Below are positions 1 through 10,267 of a stretch of 64,000 bases of DNA, piece by piece. Each line of letters starts with the position of its first letter. The stretch's first letter is position 1. This DNA is from Bdellovibrionota bacterium (lineage in GTDB: Bacteria > Bdellovibrionota_C > UBA2361 > CAKMMH01). The notes beneath the pieces were generated by a model. The model worked only from the letters and a program-made list of their open reading frames with translations, was not told where the DNA came from and made no database searches. Both the position numbers and the translations under genes were made by a program. The stretch lies in assembly GCA_050952645.1 (NCBI GenBank), contig JBMNLI010000010.1, positions 128,001 through 192,000 on the forward strand, in the 5' to 3' direction.

Positions 1-729
1 AAAGAAAATGCACTTAAAGCATTTAGGATAACTAATATTATTTGGAATACATGTTTATTTTTAACCATTTTTCTAATATTTTTTTTAAATGAAGAAAAAA
101 TTTTTCACTCCTTTAATCTTAATTTTCCTTTTTGGTTTATTTGTATATTTATAAATTATCTTATTACGATAAAAAGATATGCTTTAATTTACTTTATTAA
201 CAAATTACAATTATTAAATGAAATAACTAACAATAAGCTTTCAATTATCGTAATTATAGGACTTCTTATTTTTACAACGATAATAGGTATATTTAATGCA
301 ATGCTACAAACTGCAAAAATAAAAGGCGTAATTTTTATAAATGCAATTATCGTGATAGCGTTTATTGTAGCATTTGTAATAAAATCAAAAAGTATAGCTA
401 GAGCGCTTTTAAAACAAATAATCGAAAGCAATAAGAGAAACAAGGCCGAAAAGCTACAAAAGTACCACGATTCTCTTTTGATCGTAAACAACGGGCCTAT
501 TATTTTAAATTTTGCCATCTCATTTTTTCTTATAACATTTAAGGGGACTACTCAAGTTGAATGTGCGATACTATACCTGCTAAATTTTCTAACATTATAT
601 ATTTTAAAACCTGAAAAAAAATATTTTCTACAATACTGCCCTAAATGCTTTCAAATCCGCTCTTTAGGATTGTCTGCTTACCCGTTCTGCCCTAATTGTA
701 GGCGAGAAGAATGGAATAATGTTAAATAA
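1..729 (+). CDS. 5'-truncated hypothetical multi-pass membrane protein with C-terminal CxxC...CxxC zinc-ribbon-like motif
   Basis: Frame 1 is open from base 1 to the TAA at 727-729 (the ORF track starts only at ATG 301); hydrophobic segments; ends with CPKC...CPNC. Confidence 0.6.
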   Translation, partial: KENALKAFRITNIIWNTCLFLTIFLIFFLNEEKIFHSFNLNFPFWFICIFINYLITIKRYALIYFINKLQLLNEITNNKLSIIVIIGLLIFTTIIGIFNAMLQTAKIKGVIFINAIIVIAFIVAFVIKSKSIARALLKQIIESNKRNKAEKLQKYHDSLLIVNNGPIILNFAISFFLITFKGTTQVECAILYLLNFLTLYILKPEKKYFLQYCPKCFQIRSLGLSAYPFCPNCRREEWNNVK

Positions 730-734
730 TCTTA

Positions 735-814
735 GCTCTTTCACGTTTTGAGGTGGTTTTTAATTCTAAAAAATTAGCATCACCTCCCCCCCCCACTTTA
801 AACGCATAAAGAAC
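735..814. repeat. Dispersed palindromic element copy 1 (MITE/REP-like)
   Basis: Left arm GCTCTTTCACGTTTTGAGGTGG, right arm CCCCACTTTAAACGCATAAAGAAC; starts just after the stop codon at 729. Confidence 0.75.
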
Positions 815-876
815 AAATAATTTTTTACACTACGACTTAGATTTACACTTAAATATTTGTTATACTATTTAGTGCT

Positions 877-1875
877 ATGATTTTAGAATTTAACAAAGAA
901 AATATAAAATTTTGTGCTAAGCAATTACGGCTTGGTAAAGTCGTTTCATTTCCGACTGAAACGGTTTACGGTCTCGGGGCTAATGCTTTAAATGAAAAAG
1001 CCGTAGAAGAAATTTATAAATTAAAGAAGCGTCCTAGCAACAATCCTTTAATAGTGCATATTTACGATATAAAGCAGATTGAAGAGTTTTGCGTTTTAAA
1101 ACCGTTTCAAGAAAAACTTATCGAAAAGCTAAAAGTTTTTTGGCCTGGCCCTCTTTCTTTAGTGCTACCTAAAAAAGATATTATTCCTGATATCGTAAGT
1201 GCTAGAAAGGAATCTATCGCAATAAGAATGCCTAATCATAAAGTAGCACTCTCATTATTTAAGGAAGCAAATCTTCCAATAGTAGCCCCTAGTGCTAATA
1301 TCTCTGGATTTTTAAGTCCTACAACTGCCTTACACGTTCAGGAGGCCTTTAAAGAAAAAAACATCCCTGTGCTTCAAGGGGGAAATTGCGCCGTTGGGCT
1401 TGAAAGCACAGTGTTATCGCTTTTAAAAGATACGCCTATTATTTTAAGACATGGATTTATTACTAAAGAAAAATTAGAAGATACTCTTTCAGAGTACATT
1501 CTTGATGGCACGGAAAAAGAAAATAATTTATCTTCTGAAATTTTATCCCCAGGAATGCTTTTAAAACATTATTCACCTAGGACACCACTATATTTAAAAA
1601 GTGAAAAGCTTCCTAAAAGTAGAAACGCTTCATATATAGCTTTTGTAGATGATGAAAATGAACTTTTAGAAGAAACTAAGAATAAATTTAAAGAAATAGC
1701 CTATTTAACGAGTGATAAAACTATTATCGCTAAAAAACTCTTTTATATATTACATAAATTCGATAAAATGGGTTTTGATTATATAGTTATTGATTCGTGT
1801 GAAGAAATAGGCTTAGGCAAAGCCATTATGGATAGAATCAAAAGAGCGACAAATAAAACTAATAATAATAATTAA
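877..1875 (+). CDS. tsaC: L-threonylcarbamoyladenylate synthase, long Sua5 type (YrdC + SUA5 domain)
   Basis: FPTETVYGLGANA, KxRPxxNPLIVH, APSAN and SPGMxxxHYSP motifs. Confidence 0.95.
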   Translation: MILEFNKENIKFCAKQLRLGKVVSFPTETVYGLGANALNEKAVEEIYKLKKRPSNNPLIVHIYDIKQIEEFCVLKPFQEKLIEKLKVFWPGPLSLVLPKKDIIPDIVSARKESIAIRMPNHKVALSLFKEANLPIVAPSANISGFLSPTTALHVQEAFKEKNIPVLQGGNCAVGLESTVLSLLKDTPIILRHGFITKEKLEDTLSEYILDGTEKENNLSSEILSPGMLLKHYSPRTPLYLKSEKLPKSRNASYIAFVDDENELLEETKNKFKEIAYLTSDKTIIAKKLFYILHKFDKMGFDYIVIDSCEEIGLGKAIMDRIKRATNKTNNNN

Positions 1876-1892
1876 ATGGAGGAAGATATATA

Positions 1893-2432
1893 ATGGAATC
1901 AAAAATTTACGATGTAATTATAAAAGAGCTAGTAAGCCATGGAGATGATAGAGGATTTTTTAGAGAGATAGTGCGTCATACCGATGATGTTTTTAAAGAT
2001 TCAAAATTTGCCCAGCTTTCACACTCATATATGGTAAAAAACACCGTTAAGGCTTGGCATTATCACCATATTCAATACGATTTTTGGTATATACCGACAG
2101 GATTAGTTCAAGTTATTTTATACGATGATAGGGAGGAAAGCCCTACTTATAAAGTGTCGCAAGAGTTTTTAGTAGGCGATACTCATAAATACCCTGAAGC
2201 TAAAGCGCTTTGTATAAGAATTCCAACGGGAGTTTTACATTCTTGTAAAGTATTAAGTGATAGCGCAGATTTATTTTACATTACATCTGAAACTTATAAC
2301 CCACAAGATGAGGGAAGATACCCTTATAACGACGGTCCTTTTAAACACGATTGGGGACAAGACGTTATAGTAGCTAAAAATGATACTTTAAGAACTATCC
2401 CAAGTAATGAAAGAAAAAAGATAAAACTTTAG
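1893..2432 (+). CDS. dTDP-4-dehydrorhamnose 3,5-epimerase (RmlC)-family cupin
   Basis: HGDDRGFFRE, KAWHYH, LYDDREESPTY, IPTGVLH; SD GGAGG upstream. Confidence 0.85.
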   Translation: MESKIYDVIIKELVSHGDDRGFFREIVRHTDDVFKDSKFAQLSHSYMVKNTVKAWHYHHIQYDFWYIPTGLVQVILYDDREESPTYKVSQEFLVGDTHKYPEAKALCIRIPTGVLHSCKVLSDSADLFYITSETYNPQDEGRYPYNDGPFKHDWGQDVIVAKNDTLRTIPSNERKKIKL

Positions 2433-2440
2433 TTTTACTT

Positions 2441-2499
2441 AAAAACATTTGAGGTAAAAACGTTTGAGATAAAAACATTTAAGATAAAAACATTTGAGG
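2441..2499. repeat. 15-bp tandem repeat x4
   Basis: Consecutive TAAAAACATTTGAG(A/G)-like units. Confidence 0.8.
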
Positions 2500-2555
2500 A
2501 TTACTTAAACAAGAAAATCACCATAGTTTAATTTGTGTAATTTGTAATATTTAAT

Positions 2556-2583
2556 TTGACATTAACAGCCCTTTTATTATAAT
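2556..2583 (+). promoter_or_regulatory. sigma70-type promoter for the second RmlC-like gene
   Basis: TTGACA-N16-TATAAT about 100 bp upstream of ATG 2681. Confidence 0.6.
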
Positions 2584-2680
2584 ACAAAAATCTGATAAAA
2601 TAGCGTTTGATTTTGCGGTGGACTAGGAAAATAGTTTTTTTAAAAAAAGGTTAAAAAAAAGGTTTAGAAAGGGGGAAACC

Positions 2681-3265
2681 ATGACAACAGTTTCTAGTAT
2701 GGCAACAGCTTCAGGAATTTTACTGCCATCTAAAATTTATGACGTAATTATACAAGAACTTAAAGTGCATAAAGACAAGAGAGGTTATTTTAAGGAAGTA
2801 TTTTGCACAGATTGGAAAGTATTTATTGGGATAAACATCATCCTAATAGCTCAGACGTATATGAAGAAAGACGTCATTAAAGCATGGCATTTTCACCATA
2901 CTCACTACGATGTTTGGCATTTCTCATCTGGACTAGCTAGAGTTATCCTATATGATGATAGGAAAGAAAGCCCTACTTACGGAGCATCGCAAGAGTTTTT
3001 AGTAGGCGATCCACAGAAATACCCTGAAGCTAAAGCGCTTTGCATAAGAATTCCACCTGGGGTTTTACATGCATGTGAGGTGATAAGTAAAGAGGGAGCG
3101 ACCCTTGTATACGCTACAGACAAAGCTTACGACCCTACAGATGAGGGAAGATATCCTTGGAACGACGAACGTTTCAATGTCACTTGGAAGACACCAAATC
3201 CTGTAGTATCTGAAAGTGATACAAAGTATTACACTCCACCTCACAAAAGAGCCTTAATTTGCTAA
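2681..3265 (+). CDS. Second RmlC-family cupin (tandem paralog)
   Basis: HKDKRGYFKE, KAWHFH, LYDDRKESPTY, IPPGVLH; clearly homologous to 1893..2432. Confidence 0.85.
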   Translation: MTTVSSMATASGILLPSKIYDVIIQELKVHKDKRGYFKEVFCTDWKVFIGINIILIAQTYMKKDVIKAWHFHHTHYDVWHFSSGLARVILYDDRKESPTYGASQEFLVGDPQKYPEAKALCIRIPPGVLHACEVISKEGATLVYATDKAYDPTDEGRYPWNDERFNVTWKTPNPVVSESDTKYYTPPHKRALIC

Positions 3266-3304
3266 AAGAATTATCTTTTACGTTTTTTAAAGATGCTTTA
3301 ATTT

Positions 3305-3381
3305 GGTTCTTCACGGGTTTTAAGTAAGTTAGAAAAATTGTTTTTTCAGGTTAGCTTAAACCACCTTAAAACGTGAAGAAC
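3305..3381. repeat. Dispersed palindromic element copy 2
   Basis: GGTTCTTCACGGGTTTTAAG ... CCACCTTAAAACGTGAAGAAC. Confidence 0.85.
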
Positions 3382-3539
3382 TTTAAATTTTAAGGCATAA
3401 ATTTATAAAGGCAAAGAGAAAGCGAAAAAGAAAGAGAAGGAGAAAGAGAAAAAGAAAGAAAAAAAGAGTACACCCCGCCCATTAAAGGGCTTTCTCTTTT
3501 ATATTCTCTTTTATCTTGACTTTTATCTTCTCTTTTATC

Positions 3540-4577
3540 TTAACTTTCCTTTGCCTTTATATATCCTTTTTTATCGAATAGACTCATTCCATTTTTTGCA
3601 AGCAAACAAACACCGTACGTTACGAATACGAAATAATGCACCATATGTGCTATAATAGAATAAGTTACTGCGATCTCTTTTTGCCCACCACACAAATCAA
3701 AAGCTGCAACACAAGCTACTTGAAACACCCCTATAAACCCTGGAGCACTTGGAGCCGCTACTGCAAAAGCGATAAACACGACTATTGCGAGTGCTAATTG
3801 TAAAGAAGGAACATCGAAAAATAAAAATAAAAACGCATAGTAATAAGCAATAGTAAATATCCAAACGAGTACTGAATAAATGGTAGTCATAATAAAGTTT
3901 TTTATATTTTTTAAAGGCTTTACCCCAGATATAACCTCGGCTACTATCTCTTCTAGTTTTAAATATATGCTTTCAGGGCAAACTTTTCTAAACAGCGAAA
4001 AAAGCTTTAAAAGTAGCTTATCATTAAATACCGCTAAAATTATAAAAATAAAAATAAAGAGTGCTAATAATCCTAAGATAGGCACGCCTTTATATATGTA
4101 TGAATCTTTACGAACATCTAGAACTAAAATCATTCCTGCAAAGCACAAAAGAGCCATAATTAAATCGAAAAATCTTTCCGTTACTATTGAAACAAAAGTG
4201 CTTGGATACGTAAGCTTGGTTTTTTTACATAAATATAAAGGTCTTAAAAACTCCCCTGCCCTTAATGGCAAAAGATACGTCGTAAAATTTCCAAACTGGA
4301 TAGCATTAAACCTTGCTATAAAACTAGTATAAACGCCTAACAAGTATTCCCATCTTAAAGCTCTTAAAACGTAATGAAATAAAAATAGGGCGATAGCAGG
4401 GAGAATATAAAACCACCTTTCTTTAACTGCTAAAAAAGATTTCCACACTTCTTTCCAGTCGGTAGTTTTATAAATCCAACAAATAAGCCCAGCACTTATA
4501 AGAATACTTAATATTATTTTAAAACTTCTCGATTTAAAAAATTTTAATAAAATTTTAAAAAATTTCGACTCAAACAT
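3540..4577 (-). CDS. Lysylphosphatidylglycerol synthase TM / flippase-like membrane protein
   Basis: LRALRW, LPLRAGEFLR, ERFFD and PSAPGFIG motifs; multi-pass hydrophobic. Confidence 0.85.
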   Translation of the reverse strand: MFESKFFKILLKFFKSRSFKIILSILISAGLICWIYKTTDWKEVWKSFLAVKERWFYILPAIALFLFHYVLRALRWEYLLGVYTSFIARFNAIQFGNFTTYLLPLRAGEFLRPLYLCKKTKLTYPSTFVSIVTERFFDLIMALLCFAGMILVLDVRKDSYIYKGVPILGLLALFIFIFIILAVFNDKLLLKLFSLFRKVCPESIYLKLEEIVAEVISGVKPLKNIKNFIMTTIYSVLVWIFTIAYYYAFLFLFFDVPSLQLALAIVVFIAFAVAAPSAPGFIGVFQVACVAAFDLCGGQKEIAVTYSIIAHMVHYFVFVTYGVCLLAKNGMSLFDKKGYIKAKES

Positions 4578-4692
4578 TATTTACCTTTAATCCATTGCTA
4601 ATTATCTTTAAAAACTATAATAAAAGTTATTTTATAGAAATATAGTACAATTAACAACATAGAAATTTAAATGCTTTCGATTTGTAAATAAG

Positions 4693-4757
4693 ATTAGAAA
4701 AGAATTAGAAAAGAATTAGAAAAGAATTAGAAAAGAATTAGAAAAGAATTAGAAAAA
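4693..4757. repeat. 11-bp tandem repeat (ATTAGAAAAGA) x5-6
   Basis: Direct tandem copies in intergenic DNA. Confidence 0.9.
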
Positions 4758-4996
4758 AGAAATAGAAAAGAAACAAAAAAGAAAGATTAGAAAAAATTAT
4801 GATTGAAAAAGATTTAAGTGAAAAAAAACACAAAAAAAGGTTGCAAGCTTTAAACGATTAAGCTTTAAGAATTTGAAAAGTTAATAAACGAAAACTGATA
4901 AACAAAAACTGATAAACAAAAACAACGAACGAAAACAATGAACGAAAACAATGAAAATAGAGAAAAAACATAATTATTAAAAAAACTATAAAATTT

Positions 4997-5146
4997 TTAT
5001 ACAGCAACCTTTACACTTAATTCTTTTTTAAGAATTAAAAAATCTTCTAAAAGTTTTTTTAATAATTCCTCATCTTTTCTTCTAAAATATTCGTCTTCTC
5101 GAATATACTTTTTAGTTTTTTTATAAGATATTTTTTTAGTCGTCAT
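4997..5146 (-). CDS. Unannotated 49-aa small protein MTTKKISYKKTKKYIREDEYFRRKDEELLKKLLEDFLILKKELSVKVAV
   Basis: Strong SD AAAGGAGG 7 nt before the ATG at 5146; open to TAA at 4999-4997; below the ORF-track cutoff. Confidence 0.6.
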   Translation of the reverse strand: MTTKKISYKKTKKYIREDEYFRRKDEELLKKLLEDFLILKKELSVKVAV

Positions 5147-5417
5147 ATTTTGCCTCCTTTATGTAAAATTATTTAAAAAACCTTTATTTTTCTTTTACTT
5201 AATGATCTTACAAAATACTTAACCTGCTTCTATTATTTTAACAGCTTTAGTTTAATTTTAACAGAAAAATATAAAGAAAAGCAAAAAAATTTTTTAAAGG
5301 GATTAGAAATTTTTTCCCTTTAATCTTTTTTATTCATAAATAAGGCTTTATTTTGCGATTTCTACCTACTTTAGCCTTACTAAATCGCTACTATTTAAAC
5401 TAGAATAAGGATTCTTT

Positions 5418-5440
5418 GGCTCTTTACGTTTTAAGTAGCT
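5418..5440. repeat. Solo arm of the palindromic element family (copy 3)
   Basis: GGCTCTTTACGTTTTAAGTAG directly abutting the adk stop codon. Confidence 0.65.
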
Positions 5441-6009
5441 TAAAGAAGCTTAAAAATCATCTCCTTTACCTCTAAGACATCTAAAGTGCCTGCCTTAACG
5501 GTCTTTAGTAGCCCTTTGTCTTTATAATATGCACTAAGTGGGAGCGTCTGTTCTGTGTAAACTTTTATCCTTTTCTCTATTATCTCTTCATTATCATCGC
5601 TTCTTTTTTCACCACCACTTTTGCTAGCCCTTTTTAAAATTCTTTCTAACAGCACTTCCTTTGGAACATCGAAATCTAAAACGCAAGTTAGCTTAAGCGT
5701 TAACTCATCTAATAAAACGTCTAACGCTTCAGCTTGTGCAATAGTCCTTGGAAAGCCATCTAATAAAAACCCAAATTTACAATCATCTTCTTTAAGACGC
5801 TCTTTTATTAAATCTATTATAGTGCTGTCTGGAACCAACTCTCCCTTATCTATATAACCTTTAACTTGCTTTCCTAACTCTGAGCCTTTTGAAACAGCAG
5901 CCCGAACCATATCACCAGTAGAAATATGAGGAATATTATATTTTTCACATATAAACTTAGCTTGAGTGCCTTTTCCAGCCCCTGGGGCTCCTAACAATAC
6001 TATACGCAT
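5440..6009 (-). CDS. adk: Adenylate kinase (short-LID type)
   Basis: [24 protein letters not shown] and RSDD motifs. Confidence 0.97.
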   Translation of the reverse strand: MRIVLLGAPGAGKGTQAKFICEKYNIPHISTGDMVRAAVSKGSELGKQVKGYIDKGELVPDSTIIDLIKERLKEDDCKFGFLLDGFPRTIAQAEALDVLLDELTLKLTCVLDFDVPKEVLLERILKRASKSGGEKRSDDNEEIIEKRIKVYTEQTLPLSAYYKDKGLLKTVKAGTLDVLEVKEMIFKLL

Positions 6010-6102
6010 AATGCCTTTACTCCTTTTTTATTTTCTATTTTTTTTACTTTCTAATTTTTTTACTTTCTAAATTTTTTTTACTTTTTAAACTAAGACGTTT
6101 AA

Positions 6103-7200
6103 TTACGCTTTTTTAAAATTCGATAAATACTCCTCCATGCCATCTTGAATAGAATACTTTGGAGCATATCCTAAAAGTGCTTTAGATTTTGAGATATCTG
6201 CAAGTGAGTGTAAAATATCACCCTTTCTAAATGGCTTATATAAAGGCTCTTTATCTAAATTATTAAACCCTAAAGCTTCTAAACTAGAAACTATCATTTT
6301 ATATAATTCTTTAAGAGTGGTTCTTTTGCCAAAAGCTATATTATAAATATTATTTAGAGCGTTCTTATCTTCTAGAGTAGCACCTAAAATATTAGCTTGA
6401 ATAACATTCTTAACGTAGCAAAAATCTCTCGAAGTAGAGCCATCACCATTTATAGTGCATTTTTTGCCGTTAAGAATAGAGTCTACCCAAAGAGGTATAA
6501 CGGCAGCGTAAGCTCCTTTAGGGTTTTGTCTTTTTCCAAATACATTAAAATACCTAAGCCCAACATACTCGACGCCATAAAGCCTTGCGTACAAATCTGC
6601 ATAAAGCTCATCTGCATACTTAGTTAAGGCGTAAGGAGATAGTAGCTTTCCAATTTTTTCTTCTTTTTTATACTCATCTTGGTTATCGCCATAAACGGAA
6701 CTAGAAGATGCAAAAACTATCCTCTTTACATTGCTTTCGGACATCGCTTTTAGAATATTTACGAAACCCCCTACATTTACAGCTTCGCTATACTGAGGCT
6801 CATCGAGAGAACGTGGAACTGAACCTATGGCTGCTTGATGGATAACTGCGGATACTTTCTTCTTTAACGTATCTTTAATTAAATCGTAATCTCTAATATC
6901 ACCTTTTATAAAAACACAGTTTTTAGCTTTCTTCCCTACTAAATTTAACACATCATCTATGTTTTCTTGGTATCCAGTAGAAAGGTCATCTATTACAATA
7001 ACTTTTTGGTTTAATAATAAAAGAGTTTCTAAAATATTTGAGCCTATAAACCCAGCACCTCCAGTTAATAGAAAAGTTCTTGGCGATTTTTCTAATTTTT
7101 CTTTTGCTATTTCATATTTAACCGTTTTATCGTTAGCGTTTTTATTCTTAATATTTTTTTGCTTAGTATTATTCTTAGTATTATTCATAGTATTATTCAT
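6103..7200 (-). CDS. NAD-dependent UDP-GlcNAc(A) C4-epimerase, WbpP/TviC-like extended SDR
   Basis: TGGAGFIGS, HQAAIGSVPRS, YALTK, LRYFNVFG, RDFCYV. Confidence 0.9.
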   Translation of the reverse strand: MNNTMNNTKNNTKQKNIKNKNANDKTVKYEIAKEKLEKSPRTFLLTGGAGFIGSNILETLLLLNQKVIVIDDLSTGYQENIDDVLNLVGKKAKNCVFIKGDIRDYDLIKDTLKKKVSAVIHQAAIGSVPRSLDEPQYSEAVNVGGFVNILKAMSESNVKRIVFASSSSVYGDNQDEYKKEEKIGKLLSPYALTKYADELYADLYARLYGVEYVGLRYFNVFGKRQNPKGAYAAVIPLWVDSILNGKKCTINGDGSTSRDFCYVKNVIQANILGATLEDKNALNNIYNIAFGKRTTLKELYKMIVSSLEALGFNNLDKEPLYKPFRKGDILHSLADISKSKALLGYAPKYSIQDGMEEYLSNFKKA

Positions 7201-7280
7201 AGCGCATAAACTTTTATAACTTGTTTTTTAATAAATACGATACTAATATTAACATCAAAGTATTATTAAAAAAAGTTATT

Positions 7281-8480
7281 ATGAAAAAAATATTAGTCCT
7301 TACAGTCGGCTTTCCATTTCCCGTTATTAAAGGCGATAGATTAAGAATCGTAAAAATATGCGAAGAGCTATCGAAAGACTTTGAACTAGACTTGCTCTGT
7401 CTTTGCACGAGGAAAGAAGAGCTAAACGAAAATCAACCTTATCTTTTATTTAAAACTGTAAATAAAGTCTATCTCCCAAAATACCAATCATTGCTTCAAG
7501 CCTTCCTAGCCTTATTTACTAAAGCCCCTATTCATCATAAATATTATTTTTCTTCAGTTTTTTTAAGAACATTAAGAGAAAAAAAAGATGATTACGATAT
7601 GATTTTAGCCCATCTACCGAGAACGGGGCAATACCTGCAATGCGTAGAACATCCTTTCAAATTTTTTGAACTTACAGATGTTTTTTCTATATCGTATAAA
7701 AATTTTTCATCTGAAAACAAGCTAGTTTCCCTAAGCTTAAAAAAGCTAGCATATAAAATCGAAACTACTAGAGAAAGAGAGTTTGAAAAAGCTATTATTC
7801 CTAACGTTAATATTTGTTCTTTTATTTCAAAAGAAACTTTAAAATTTCTTCCAACAGATTTAAGAAACTTACCAAACATTAAATTTTATCCTAATGGAGT
7901 CGACTTAAAAAAGTTTCCCTTCGTAGGCTCTAAACAATCTGGAACGATAATTTTTATAGGCAACATGGGCGCTGCGCAAAATATACTAGCTTGCAGATAT
8001 TTTCTAGATGAAATTTTCCCAGAAATATTACGAGAAATGCCAAAATTAAAATTTAAAATTATAGGCTCGATGCCACCTTTAGGTTTTAGGATATTTAGTA
8101 AATATAAAAATGTTGAGATTACAGGAAGAGTGCAAGAAATTTTCCCTCACGTAAAAAACTCTTTTTGTGCAGTATGTCCTACGTTTTTTGGAAATACTAT
8201 GCAAAATAAAATACTAGAATATATGGCTTTAGGAATTCCAGTAGTAACGAATTATAGTGGCATTTTAGGAATAAACGTGCAGGCAGGCTCAGAAATACTT
8301 ATAGCAGATACACCCTTAGATTGGAGATACCACATTGCAGAGCTTTATAACAATAAACACTTAAGAGATGAGCTTTCTAAAAATGCTAGAGAATACGTAG
8401 AAAAATACTGTTCTTGGGAGCAAGCGTTAAAAAATTTAAACAAGGACGTAAGGCTTTTACTGCAAAGAGAAAGCTTATAA
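7281..8480 (+). CDS. Glycosyltransferase family 4 (GT-B)
   Basis: PNGVD and QNKILEYMALGIPVVT motifs; ATG 7281 is the likely start. Confidence 0.85.
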   Translation: MKKILVLTVGFPFPVIKGDRLRIVKICEELSKDFELDLLCLCTRKEELNENQPYLLFKTVNKVYLPKYQSLLQAFLALFTKAPIHHKYYFSSVFLRTLREKKDDYDMILAHLPRTGQYLQCVEHPFKFFELTDVFSISYKNFSSENKLVSLSLKKLAYKIETTREREFEKAIIPNVNICSFISKETLKFLPTDLRNLPNIKFYPNGVDLKKFPFVGSKQSGTIIFIGNMGAAQNILACRYFLDEIFPEILREMPKLKFKIIGSMPPLGFRIFSKYKNVEITGRVQEIFPHVKNSFCAVCPTFFGNTMQNKILEYMALGIPVVTNYSGILGINVQAGSEILIADTPLDWRYHIAELYNNKHLRDELSKNAREYVEKYCSWEQALKNLNKDVRLLLQRESL

Positions 8481-8514
8481 CAAATAACACGAATAACTAA
8501 CTATAATTTATAAG

Positions 8515-10221
8515 CTAAAGGCTTTTTGCTATAAACTTTGGTGATGAGAAACTTTCGCTTAGCAAATACTCATCTCCTAAACCTAAATCGCAAAGCATCT
8601 CTAAACTTTTACTAATATTTTTAAAACTTTGTAGCGTATCTTTTAGGCTCTCTATATTCATGCTTATAAGCTCTATAAAGCTAACGCCTAGCACTTTATA
8701 TTTTACGAAATGCTCTCCCTCTTCTTTGCCATCTAAGAACGTATTTAATTTTGAAAGAGAAAAATCTCGCTCCTTTAAATTAGACGACGATATATCAAAC
8801 GACGATAAATATAGTTTTACTATTTTCTTATATAAATTATCGTAATCTCCTAAAATTTTTACTTTCTTATTTTTAACCTTTTCTTGCAAAGTAAAAAAAT
8901 TATATTCTTTAATATTAAATATAGGCACGCTTTCTTTACTTAATATCTCATTTTTAGAAAGTAAAAAGTAATTTTCAAAATTTTCATTTACTAACTTTAA
9001 AAACTCTCCCTTTTCTTTTTTTTCTAAGCAATCAAAAATATCTTTTATAACGAGCGATACGTTTTTAGGAAGTGCTTTAAAAATTACGCTAAGCATAATT
9101 TTAAAAAAATCACTAAAAGATAAATCTTTCATAAGAGTATTTAAGCTTACATTACTTACTAAAAACTTATTTAATAACTCTAGCCTATCTTTTATCGCAA
9201 CTAATATTTCACGCCCTAAAAAAGAATCGCTTTTTAATTTATCATTTATATTTTTAGTTAAATCTTTTATCGGTAGCAAAGAAAAAGATGAATACGGCAA
9301 ACCATTATAAATATATTCCTCTTTTTTATTATATTTAACATTTTTGTTATATTTAATATCGACGCTTATAAAAGGTTTAAAAGTTTTATTGCATTCTAGG
9401 CATACGAAATCGTTAAAACTAATTTCTCTTTCCTCCACCAACTCTTGCTTATCATTATCAAAGAAAAATAATTTTATCTCTTTTTCCCCTAATTTATTCT
9501 CTAGTTTTTTCTCTGGTATTTCCTCTAGTTTTTCCTCTAGTTTTTCTTCTAGCTCTTTTATAGAATTAAATATTTTAATCGACTCATTATCATCGTTTAT
9601 GTTTTTTATCTTATGCGTTTTATAGATAGCAAAAGAGTTTTTTAAAGCCTTATCTTTATTAAATGCATCATTAAATGCATTATTAAATTCGCTTAGCTCT
9701 TTAATTTGTAAATTGTTTATAATCTTAAAAATACCTAACTTTTCTAATCGCTCACTTTTAATATTAGAAATTTTAAAACTTATAATTAACATTAAATTTC
9801 TACACGAACTATTTAAATTTTGAGCATTTAAAATTATATCTTTTAATCCACTAATGCTAAATTTTGATAATGTTTTTTTACAATCCGTGCAATAAGGCAC
9901 CGAGTAAGTTTCGTAAAGATAATTTACAGCCTCTTTAATATTTAAAAAACTTAAAATATCCTCGTTTAAATTTTGGGCAAAAAGAGTATTAAAATCTACT
10001 AGGAAAAAGCCTTTATTTTCAAAGTCTTGTAAGCGCATCTCTAATCTTTTAAACGTATTAAACTTTGAAAGTTTTAAGATATTAAAAAAAGGCGAATTGC
10101 CACTACTTACAGCTAAATTGCTATTTAAATTGCTATTTAAATTATTACTTAAATCTTCTTTTAATTTTACTATATTATTTGATGTTTTATCTTTGTAAAA
10201 AATATTATAATCTTTACTCAT
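8515..10221 (-). CDS. Highly degenerate UvrA-like protein lacking intact ABC ATPase motifs
   Basis: UvrA-like blocks in the expected order: VPYCTDC, FVCLEC, IKDRLELL..LS, ERDFSLS, YKVLGVSFIELISMNIE, LEMLCDLGLG. Confidence 0.6.
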   Translation of the reverse strand: MSKDYNIFYKDKTSNNIVKLKEDLSNNLNSNLNSNLAVSSGNSPFFNILKLSKFNTFKRLEMRLQDFENKGFFLVDFNTLFAQNLNEDILSFLNIKEAVNYLYETYSVPYCTDCKKTLSKFSISGLKDIILNAQNLNSSCRNLMLIISFKISNIKSERLEKLGIFKIINNLQIKELSEFNNAFNDAFNKDKALKNSFAIYKTHKIKNINDDNESIKIFNSIKELEEKLEEKLEEIPEKKLENKLGEKEIKLFFFDNDKQELVEEREISFNDFVCLECNKTFKPFISVDIKYNKNVKYNKKEEYIYNGLPYSSFSLLPIKDLTKNINDKLKSDSFLGREILVAIKDRLELLNKFLVSNVSLNTLMKDLSFSDFFKIMLSVIFKALPKNVSLVIKDIFDCLEKKEKGEFLKLVNENFENYFLLSKNEILSKESVPIFNIKEYNFFTLQEKVKNKKVKILGDYDNLYKKIVKLYLSSFDISSSNLKERDFSLSKLNTFLDGKEEGEHFVKYKVLGVSFIELISMNIESLKDTLQSFKNISKSLEMLCDLGLGDEYLLSESFSSPKFIAKSL

Positions 10222-10267
10222 AACTTTATTTTAAAATAATTTTAAAAAACTTAACAGATATTAGTAT

